Source: a bacterium
Lineage (GTDB): Bacteria; Armatimonadota; UBA5829
Direction: 5' to 3'
DNA length: 64,000 nucleotides
Assembly: GCA_021371935.1 (NCBI GenBank)
Contig: JAJFVF010000009.1
Location: 67,803 to 131,802 of the forward strand
In this document: positions 56,654 through 64,000 of the stretch, one piece after another
Layout: every line of letters starts with the position of its first letter
How positions within the stretch are numbered: position 1 is the first letter of the stretch
The notes under the pieces: model-generated
Seen by the model: only the letters and a program-made list of their open reading frames with translations
Database searches by the model: none
Told to the model about the DNA's origin: nothing
Program-made: the position numbers and the translations under genes

Positions 56654-58249
56654 ATGTTCGATTTTCTTATAAAAAACGCCACCGTGCTCGATGGCTCTGG
56701 GGGCGAGCGCTTTACCGCCGATATAGCCGTCAAGGATGGCAAGATAGCGGCGATGGGCGACATTTCCGATAGTGCCGCGCGTACGATTGATGCCGCTGGC
56801 CTGTGTGTTTCTCCTGGTTTCATAGACATCCACTCACATACGGATTCCATTCTGTTTGTCGACGGGTTTGCCGAAAGTAAAATCACTCAGGGTGTCACGA
56901 CCGAGCTGTGCGGCAACTGTGGTTTTTCGGCTGCTCCATGTCTGGACGAGTCCGGGCGCGCCGAGTTGGAGAGCTGGCGCAGGAAGAATGGAATCGAGGA
57001 TGACTGGCACAGCCTGGGCGAGATGCTTTCGGCTCTGGAGAAGAGGCCGATTGCTGTCAATTTCGCGACGCTTGCCGGTCATGCCAATCTTCGGTCTGCG
57101 GTAGTTGGTCTGGTGGAGCGTGAGGCTTCTCCGTATGAGATCGAGCGGATGCGCATGTTACTGCGCGCAGCGATGGAGCAGGGCGCTTTCGGCCTTTCCA
57201 GCGGTCTGATCTATCCTCCGAGCTGCTATGCCGACACATCCGAGCTTACAGAGCTTGCGAAAGTCATCGCTGATTTCGGCGGTTTTTACTCGACTCACAT
57301 GCGTGATGAGGGCGACGACCTGATTGAGGCAGTCGAGGAAGCCATTTCAGTCGGCAGGGGCAGCGGTGTCGGTGTGCAGATATCCCATCACAAGGCGTGT
57401 GGGCGTCCCAATTGGGGGCGGGTCAAGACCACGCTTGCCATGATAGATGAGTGCAGGCAGTCCGGGATGGATATCAGCGTGGACCAGTATCCGTATATAG
57501 CTTCGGCCACGTCCCTGTCGGCGATGCTCCCGCAGTGGGCATTTGACGGTGGTGACGATGCTCTACTGGATCGCATTCGCAACAGACGCAGAGAACTGCT
57601 GGAATTTCTGAGCAGCAACACCAGTGGCGAGTGCAACAAAGACGAGTGGAAGAACGTATTGATAAGCAGTGTGTGCAGTGAGAACAACCGCGCATGCGAG
57701 GGGATGAGCATAGAAGACATAGCCATGCGCAGGGGATCGCGGCCTGAAGAAGTTGTGCTTGACCTGCTGGCCCAGGAGCATCTGGGTGTCTCCATGGTGC
57801 ATTTTTCTCAGTGTGAGGAAGATGTTGAAACGGTGATGCGCTCCGGCTTTGCCATGGTGGGCAGTGATGCGTCCGCACGAAGAATTTCAGGCAGGCTCTC
57901 ACAGGGTAAGCCTCACCCACGGGCGTTCGGCACATTTTCAAGAATACTGGGTCGATATGTGCGTGAGCGCGGCGTAATAGGTTTGGAGACTGCCGTGCAA
58001 AAGATGACTTCGGCTCCGGCGAGGAAGATGGGGCTTATGGATCGCGGCCTGCTCAAGGATGGCAACTGGGCGGACATGGTTGTTTTTGACCCCAATGAGA
58101 TATCGGATGCGGCCACATACGAAAATCCACATCAGATATCCAGGGGCATAAGGTTCGTGTTCGTAAACGGCAGGCCGGCAGTGGAAGATGGCGTCATGAC
58201 AGGCGAGATGGCAGGGCAGGTTCTGCGGTTTCCCGGCGCGGTGAAGTAG
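56654..58249 (+). CDS. N-acyl-D-amino-acid deacylase (D-aminoacylase), amidohydrolase superfamily.
   Basis: MFDFLIKNATVLDGSGG..., GFIDIHSHTD and the metal-binding His pattern. An alternative upstream GTG start exists at 56627. Confidence 0.7.
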   Translation: MFDFLIKNATVLDGSGGERFTADIAVKDGKIAAMGDISDSAARTIDAAGLCVSPGFIDIHSHTDSILFVDGFAESKITQGVTTELCGNCGFSAAPCLDESGRAELESWRRKNGIEDDWHSLGEMLSALEKRPIAVNFATLAGHANLRSAVVGLVEREASPYEIERMRMLLRAAMEQGAFGLSSGLIYPPSCYADTSELTELAKVIADFGGFYSTHMRDEGDDLIEAVEEAISVGRGSGVGVQISHHKACGRPNWGRVKTTLAMIDECRQSGMDISVDQYPYIASATSLSAMLPQWAFDGGDDALLDRIRNRRRELLEFLSSNTSGECNKDEWKNVLISSVCSENNRACEGMSIEDIAMRRGSRPEEVVLDLLAQEHLGVSMVHFSQCEEDVETVMRSGFAMVGSDASARRISGRLSQGKPHPRAFGTFSRILGRYVRERGVIGLETAVQKMTSAPARKMGLMDRGLLKDGNWADMVVFDPNEISDAATYENPHQISRGIRFVFVNGRPAVEDGVMTGEMAGQVLRFPGAVK

Positions 58250-58272
58250 ATGGAAACGAGTAGACAGTTACA

Positions 58273-59421
58273 ATGAAAATTATCAAGAACCCCGAGCTTA
58301 AGGGGATTCTCACACTCTGCCTTATAATAATTCTCCTGGGCGCATTTATGGCTGGGATATCCGGCAAGCTGGAACAGTGGTTCGGGATCACGCTGTTCTC
58401 TGGTCCGCGCCTGCAGGACAAGATAGTGTTTGTATCCGGCCGCGACGGCTCGGACATATATGTGATGGACACAGACGGCTCCAATCGCAAAGCCCTCACC
58501 GATGGCGCGAAAGTCCTCTCATATCCGGCCATATCTGCAACGGGCAATCGAATTGCATTTGTCGCCATGGTCGGCAATGAGAAGCAGGTTGTTTGTGTCG
58601 GAGCCAGGGGCGGGGAATTGGATCTGTTGACCAGCGCCACAGGTCCCAAAAAGGAACCCCGCTATACCCCCGACGGCAAGCAGCTCTCATTCATAGCCAG
58701 CGGCAGGGTATATGCAGCTGACCTGAACGGTGACAAACCCGAGTGTGTGCTGCCGACCGATGCGGAGATACATGCCGCAATGTCGTCCACAACGGAGAGC
58801 CGTGAGATTCCTGCATATTACTCATATGCCTGGGCACCCGACAGCGAGAGCATCGCCGGCGTTACAAAGGATGCCGCGGACAATGACACACTGGTGTATG
58901 TTCCCCATCACGATCATGCCGGTGAGGACGCACATAAAGGCGTATGCCCGCAGCGCCAGGTATTGGCTGCTGGTCAGGTAACAGGATATTCCTGGGCAGC
59001 CGAAAAGCCGTTGCTTACCGCATCGGTGAAAATCGGGAAGAAGAACATACTGCTTATATTCGATCTGGAGCGTAATCAGGGCGGCACGGTTTGGAGTTCG
59101 GAAAAACAGGAGTTGGGCTTTCCCGCTATATCCGCCGACGAAACCGAGGTTATAGTTCCATTGAAATCCACCACCAAGACGGCTTCCAGCGGCTTGCTCA
59201 AAATAGATTTGAGATCGGGTCAGGCAGGAATTATCGCCAATGGGATATTCGAGCGCCCTGCCTTTTCACCGGACGACGGCACAATTCTGGCGACCATGGT
59301 CAGTGACAACGGCGAGAAACGGGATATTGTTTTGATAGACCCGACAAGCGGTGAACTCACCCAGTTGACGCACGACGGCAGGAGTTCCAATGCAATATGG
59401 ACTCCCATGTCTGCAGAGTAG
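58273..59421 (+). CDS. PD40/TolB-like beta-propeller repeat protein.
   Basis: KIVFVSGRDGSDIYVMDTDGSNRKALTDG-type WD40-like PD40 repeats. Confidence 0.6.
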   Translation: MKIIKNPELKGILTLCLIIILLGAFMAGISGKLEQWFGITLFSGPRLQDKIVFVSGRDGSDIYVMDTDGSNRKALTDGAKVLSYPAISATGNRIAFVAMVGNEKQVVCVGARGGELDLLTSATGPKKEPRYTPDGKQLSFIASGRVYAADLNGDKPECVLPTDAEIHAAMSSTTESREIPAYYSYAWAPDSESIAGVTKDAADNDTLVYVPHHDHAGEDAHKGVCPQRQVLAAGQVTGYSWAAEKPLLTASVKIGKKNILLIFDLERNQGGTVWSSEKQELGFPAISADETEVIVPLKSTTKTASSGLLKIDLRSGQAGIIANGIFERPAFSPDDGTILATMVSDNGEKRDIVLIDPTSGELTQLTHDGRSSNAIWTPMSAE

Positions 59422-59520
59422 GCAAACCAAGCGGCGATGCTCAGTATATTAAGCCGTCAATATAGTATAGGCGCATTGTGATATGCCCTGTATTACAGAT
59501 TTTCAAGGGAGAAAGAGATT

Positions 59521-60135
59521 ATGAAGAAAATATTTTTCGCAATATTAATGATTTGCATTTTGAGCAGTCCTGTCCTGGCCAATAGGATATTGCTGGTTCC
59601 GAGCGGCGAAACGCTCACCACCGGTCAGTTTCGCGCCGAGGCAGCCGTAAGTCCCGGCAATGATGAAGGCAGTTATATGTGGCTTGCCGCGGGTCTGATG
59701 CAGGTAGAACTCAGCGTGCTCCGCCATGAAAACCCTGGTGGCGAGAAAGACAACGAGTATGGCGCTCAGTGGAGCTTCCTTCCCGAGACGACATTTAATC
59801 CCGCGGTGGCATTTGGGGTGCAGGACATAGCCGACGAGTCAGGCGATGGCATCACCGGCTATTTGGTTGCCACAAAGCACTTGCCCATAAGGCTGGCATT
59901 GCCGATCATTAATGATTTTTCGGTAACGGCGGGTCTTGCCGCAGGGGGTATTGAGGGTCCGTTTTTCGGCCTTGAGGCTCATCTGCCGTTGAATTTTTTC
60001 ATTCAGGGTGAATATGACAGCCAGAATTTCAATGCCGCACTCGGCTGGCAGCCGATCAGCATGTTCAGATTGAAAGCCTATACTATCAAGGATGAAGCAT
60101 ATTTCGGGGCTGAGCTTCTGCCTTTGAATTTTTAA
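59521..60135 (+). CDS. Secreted hypothetical protein, possibly a small outer-membrane beta-barrel.
   Basis: Signal peptide, alternating hydrophobic strands, and a C-terminal ...LLPLNF with a terminal Phe. Confidence 0.35.
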   Translation: MKKIFFAILMICILSSPVLANRILLVPSGETLTTGQFRAEAAVSPGNDEGSYMWLAAGLMQVELSVLRHENPGGEKDNEYGAQWSFLPETTFNPAVAFGVQDIADESGDGITGYLVATKHLPIRLALPIINDFSVTAGLAAGGIEGPFFGLEAHLPLNFFIQGEYDSQNFNAALGWQPISMFRLKAYTIKDEAYFGAELLPLNF

Positions 60136-60160
60136 TTGCATTACTCGTGAGGTATCATAT

Positions 60161-61141
60161 ATGGATTTTAACCCAAACGCACACTATGTGATAGGTGTCG
60201 ATCTCGGCGGCACAAATGTCCGGGCAGCAGTGATGGACCGCGATGGAGCCATTGTCGGCGAGGGCAGGACGGACTCTAAGGCGATGGAGGGTCTGAACGC
60301 CACAGTCGGTCAGATCGTGATTGCTATCAGGCAGGCTGTGGAGGACTCACCCGCGCAGTTCTCCGATATTGCGGGAGTAGGGATGGGCGTTCCGGGCACG
60401 GTGAAGAGTGAGGAAGGCCTTGTGCTCTGGTCGCCGAATTTTCTCGGCTGGGACGGCGTCCAACTGGCGGCTCCGATAGTCGAACAGATCGGCATGAGCG
60501 TGCTTTTGGGCAATGATGCGAACGTCGCAGCTCTGGGCGAATGTGTTTTCGGGGCAGGCAAAGGCTCGAAGTGCATGGTAATGTTCACGCTCGGTACGGG
60601 CATCGGCAGCGGCCTTATTATAGACGGCAAGATTTGGACAGGCGTCAACGAAAGCGGTCCCGAGATGGGCCATCAGATAGTGCTAGCGAATGGTCCCAGG
60701 TGCAGTTGTGGGCGCTACGGCTGTCTGGAATCGCTTGCTCAGCGCGACGCCATAATCGACCGCGCGGCGCGTAAAGCTCATATGGGCAGGCACACGAGCC
60801 TGCTGGAAAAGTCGAATCACGATCTGCGATATATCACTCCCGCAATGATTGCCGAAGCCGCCTCTGAAGGCGATGCCGTTTCAGTCGAGACCCTACAGGA
60901 AACCGGCTATTACATCGGCATAGGTGTTGCGAATGCAATCAATATGCTCAATCCCGATAAGGTAGTGATCGGCGGCGGAGTCGCACAGGCTGGAGACTTG
61001 CTCTTCGATCCGATCAGGACGAGTGTGGAAGTCAATGCACTCTATCAACAGCTTCAAGCATGCGAGGTGGTTCCAGCCCAACTCGGTGACAATGCCGGTG
61101 TGCTGGGAGGAGCGGCATTGATTTTGCAGAGGGCTGTATGA
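60161..61141 (+). CDS. ROK-family sugar kinase (glucokinase-like).
   Basis: VIGVDLGGTNVRAAV, zinc motif CSCGRYGCLE and GIGVANAIN. Confidence 0.75.
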   Translation: MDFNPNAHYVIGVDLGGTNVRAAVMDRDGAIVGEGRTDSKAMEGLNATVGQIVIAIRQAVEDSPAQFSDIAGVGMGVPGTVKSEEGLVLWSPNFLGWDGVQLAAPIVEQIGMSVLLGNDANVAALGECVFGAGKGSKCMVMFTLGTGIGSGLIIDGKIWTGVNESGPEMGHQIVLANGPRCSCGRYGCLESLAQRDAIIDRAARKAHMGRHTSLLEKSNHDLRYITPAMIAEAASEGDAVSVETLQETGYYIGIGVANAINMLNPDKVVIGGGVAQAGDLLFDPIRTSVEVNALYQQLQACEVVPAQLGDNAGVLGGAALILQRAV

Positions 61142-63177
61142 CCAGTTTGGCCGTAGAACCTTATATAATCCCTTCAGCCGATATGGGCAGGGAAAACCCG
61201 CTGCCGGTGTTTCGTAATCCCGTTCAGGATATATCGATAGACTTCGAGGCAAATAATGTTCCCCTCGAAGACCGCCCCGGCATGGGCAGCCAAAACGGTT
61301 TCAGGGCGCTGCCATATAAAATGCAAGATGGCTACAACAGGCAGCGAATATCGAGATCGTTTTCGTCACTGGTTTTGGAGAACGAGTATCTGAAGGTGAC
61401 TGTGCTTCCCGAGGTCGGAGGCAAGGTCGCTTCGATTGTCTACAAGCCGCTTCAAAGAGAAATTTTGTTTCACAACCCGGTCTTCCAGCCCGCCAATCTC
61501 GCTATCAGGAACGCATGGACCGCGGGCGGCATCGAGTGGAACGTATCACATCTGGGTCACACATTTCTTACTAGTTCTCCCGTTCATGCAGCAAAGCTGA
61601 CCGGTCCGAACGGAGAGCCTGTAATAAGGCTTTATGCATGGGAGCGCGTCAAGTGTTTCCCGTATTATATTGATCTGCACCTGCCGGACGACTCTCGATT
61701 TCTCTATGCGCACATAAATCTGACAAACCCGCATGACCATGCAATGCCGATGTATTGGTGGACCAACATAGGCGCGCCGGAATATCCCGGTGGTCGTGTA
61801 TTGTCGCCCGGCGACACGGCTTACAAGGGCTGCACTATGCGGGACTGCCCGGTCATTGACGGTGTGGACCAAAGCTACGCGACCAACGTCAATGTGTCCT
61901 ATGATCTTTTTTTCAGAATCCCCGAGGGCTGCAGACGGTGGGTTGCTCTGGTGGACAAGGACGGCAGGGGCATGGTGCATACTTCTACCGATATGCTCAA
62001 GAGCCGGAAACAGTTCGCTTGGGGGATGAGTTCGGGAGGCAGACGCTGGAACGAGTATCTATCCATGCCCGGACTGCATTATCTGGAGATACAAGCCGGT
62101 CTGTGCCCCACACAGATGCACACAGTTCCGATGCCCGCCGGAGCGCAGTGGTGCTGGACCGAAGCAATAGGCTATATGGAGATGGACGCCGACACGGCGC
62201 ATTCCACCGATTGGCAGCATGCGTACAATGAGGCCGAGCGTATACTTGGCGAGATGCTTGCGCGCGAATCGGTGGACGAATTTCATGCTAATGCAAAAGA
62301 GACGGCTTCACATGCGCCCGACGAAGTTCTCTCCCGAGGTTCCGGCTGGGGCGCTCTGGAATGCAGAAGAGCATCTCTCTGTTCACAGGAGTGTGTGATT
62401 ACCTGCGCCACACCTTTCTCATATGACGAGATATCGAATGAGCAAGAGCCGTGGCTTTCTTTATTGGAGAATGGCCATTTTCCAATAATCGATCCCGTCT
62501 GTGAACCTGGCTCTTACATGATTCAGGACTCCTGGCGCGAACTTCTTGAACGCAGTCTTGAAAGGGATGATGCTGACAACTGGCTTGCGTGGTATCACCT
62601 GGGAGTGATGAAAATGGAGGCCGGTGACGACCAGGGAGCCGAGCAGGCGTGGGAGAAGTCCAATAAACTGTCTCAAAATGCATGGTCTCTGCGCAATCTG
62701 GCTGTGCTCGCCGGTCGCCGTGGCGAGGCTCAGAAGGCTATCGGGCTGCTCGAATCCGCATGGCATGCCGGTCCCAAGATTCCAGCACTTGCCATCGAAT
62801 TGGGAAATTCTCTGGTTGGGGCTGATCGGTGGGATGATCTGGAGAGTATGCTTGTCAATTTGCCGGATGATGTAAAGGAGCATGAACGGATTCGACTGCT
62901 GCGTGCAAGAGCCGCTGTCAGGTCGAACAGGCTGGATTTGGCTGAGCAACTGCTTGACTGGGAATTTGCCACCATAAAAGAAGGTGAGGTTTCTCTGACA
63001 GACATATGGTTTGAAGTGCAGGCAAGGAAACTGGCTCAGAATGCTGGTGTGGAGGTTACGGATGACCTGATCGAGCGGGTGAGGCGCGATCGTGTTCCAC
63101 CGACACTGATTGATTTTCGGCCATCCGATGGTGACGAAAAATATATCCCACCACAATCTGCTGCAGAGAAAAAGTAA
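61138..63177 (+). CDS. DUF5107-like (mutarotase-like N-terminal domain) protein with a C-terminal TPR region.
   Basis: 4 nt overlap with the ROK gene; TPR-like repeats in the C-terminal 250 aa; the N-terminal assignment is from memory of DUF5107 proteins. Confidence 0.4.
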   Translation: MTSLAVEPYIIPSADMGRENPLPVFRNPVQDISIDFEANNVPLEDRPGMGSQNGFRALPYKMQDGYNRQRISRSFSSLVLENEYLKVTVLPEVGGKVASIVYKPLQREILFHNPVFQPANLAIRNAWTAGGIEWNVSHLGHTFLTSSPVHAAKLTGPNGEPVIRLYAWERVKCFPYYIDLHLPDDSRFLYAHINLTNPHDHAMPMYWWTNIGAPEYPGGRVLSPGDTAYKGCTMRDCPVIDGVDQSYATNVNVSYDLFFRIPEGCRRWVALVDKDGRGMVHTSTDMLKSRKQFAWGMSSGGRRWNEYLSMPGLHYLEIQAGLCPTQMHTVPMPAGAQWCWTEAIGYMEMDADTAHSTDWQHAYNEAERILGEMLARESVDEFHANAKETASHAPDEVLSRGSGWGALECRRASLCSQECVITCATPFSYDEISNEQEPWLSLLENGHFPIIDPVCEPGSYMIQDSWRELLERSLERDDADNWLAWYHLGVMKMEAGDDQGAEQAWEKSNKLSQNAWSLRNLAVLAGRRGEAQKAIGLLESAWHAGPKIPALAIELGNSLVGADRWDDLESMLVNLPDDVKEHERIRLLRARAAVRSNRLDLAEQLLDWEFATIKEGEVSLTDIWFEVQARKLAQNAGVEVTDDLIERVRRDRVPPTLIDFRPSDGDEKYIPPQSAAEKK

Positions 63178-63294
63178 GTTGCCGGTCAAATTTTCTCTAT
63201 CGCAACACTCCGAGCGCTAATTTGCCGCCATATACCACCATATGCTATAATTCGAGCGAGTGTGTATATAAGTTTGGAGGTGCGGTCTACCTAA

Positions 63295-63855
63295 ATGGAT
63301 ACCAGCGATTTCAGAAACGGCTTGTCGATTATCCTCGACAATGACATATTCACGATTGTGGAGTTTCAGCATGTCAAACCCGGCAAAGGCGGTGCATTTG
63401 TGCGCAGCAAGCTCAAGAATGTGCGCACAGGTGCCGTGATCGAGAAGACCTGGCGTGCCGGTGAAAAGATGGATCAGGCGATCTTGGAGCGCTATCCAAT
63501 GCAGTTCAGCTATGAGCAGGACGGCGAATATTTTTTTATGGACACCGAATCATATGAGATAAGCCCCGTGCCCAAGGAGAAGATAGGCGACGGCGTGAAA
63601 TATCTCAAAGAGGGTCTTGAAGTCACTGCACTCTCGCATCAGGGTGAACTGATCAATGTCGAACTTCCCTTTACTATAGAGGCGGAAATAATCGAGACCG
63701 AGCCTGGTGAGAAGGGCAACACAGCTTCGGGCGGCAGCAAGCCCGCCACCATCGAGTCAGGCGCAGTCGTGCAAGTTCCGTTCTTTATCAACATCGGCGA
63801 CAAGATAAAGGTCGACACTCGCACAAACGACTATCTTGAGCGAGTCAAAGACTAG
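63295..63855 (+). CDS. efp: Elongation factor P.
   Basis: QHVKPGKGGAFVRSKLKNVRTG; 186 aa; KOW-like domain plus two OB domains. Confidence 0.85.
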   Translation: MDTSDFRNGLSIILDNDIFTIVEFQHVKPGKGGAFVRSKLKNVRTGAVIEKTWRAGEKMDQAILERYPMQFSYEQDGEYFFMDTESYEISPVPKEKIGDGVKYLKEGLEVTALSHQGELINVELPFTIEAEIIETEPGEKGNTASGGSKPATIESGAVVQVPFFINIGDKIKVDTRTNDYLERVKD

Positions 63856-64000
63856 GGCAGCGTATTATTGTAGTGTCGTCAAGTTTCCTGGCCGAAGGAG
63901 GCTCTGCAATTGGCACTTAAATCACACACCAAGAGCTGGATAGTTGCTTTTCTGGACAATATCAGTTCTTTGGGTTTGAAGCTGGGAATACCGGTTGCGA

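Overview
This 64 kb window reads as a contiguous bacterial chromosomal segment. It is gene-dense, has no rRNA, and I found no CRISPR array and no integrase or transposase. I can support about 50 protein-coding genes, two tRNAs (Ser-GCT at 24215-24306 and Leu-TAA at 31243-31326), and several rho-independent terminators and sigma70-like promoters. All calls rest on reading the six-frame translations and the DNA by eye; I ran no searches.

Recognisable genes:
- An AGE-family sugar epimerase, truncated at the window edge and absent from the ORF track, next to a six-hairpin glycosidase-like gene.
- An OmpR-type two-component pair transcribed divergently from a Spy/CpxP-like LTXXQ periplasmic protein.
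- Two paralogous secreted right-handed beta-helix proteins of 702 aa and 1627 aa. The larger one carries a duplicated beta-helix and a C-terminal GH114/GHL-like TIM-barrel motif.
- aspA, a PAS-PAS-GAF sensor fused to an RsbW-like HATPase domain, a secreted 5'-nucleotidase, a PRC-barrel protein, a long TPR protein, and copA.
- A fused alpha/beta E1 component of a 2-oxoacid dehydrogenase with no E2 or E3 nearby.
- A BNR/Ycf48-like multi-propeller protein, glnS, a MEMO1-like protein, ftsK and rimO.
- A cluster of an ICMT-like methyltransferase, a STAS protein, a secreted C39-like peptidase with TPR, an HExxH membrane protein and a DUF389 protein.
- A GH42-like hydrolase, selD plus a ferredoxin, a phosphomannomutase, a ThuA/ThuB-like pair, a CBS protein, a YqgF-like nuclease, a J-domain protein, a D-aminoacylase, a PD40 propeller protein, a ROK glucokinase, a DUF5107-like/TPR protein and efp.

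Points worth a second look:
- A roughly 65 bp promoter-like element with a 12 bp-arm TTATTCAC/GTGAATAA palindrome occurs twice, upstream of ftsK and upstream of a J-domain gene. Related ATTATTC palindromes flank tRNA-Leu.
- A more AT-rich islet sits between tRNA-Ser and glnS. It carries the BNR-propeller gene and an N-terminally truncated K+ channel pore remnant (TVGYG) that overlaps the glnS stop.
- The TCS/LTXXQ module resembles a Cpx-like envelope stress unit, with a TGTGATG direct repeat in its intergenic region.
- The giant multi-domain secreted glycan-active protein sits next to tRNA-Leu.
- The fused E1 alpha/beta gene has no partner E2 or E3.
- A conserved acidic 612 aa protein of unknown function is co-transcribed with rimO.

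I could not assign a single novel multi-gene system with confidence. The best candidates are flagged in the findings with explicit tests.
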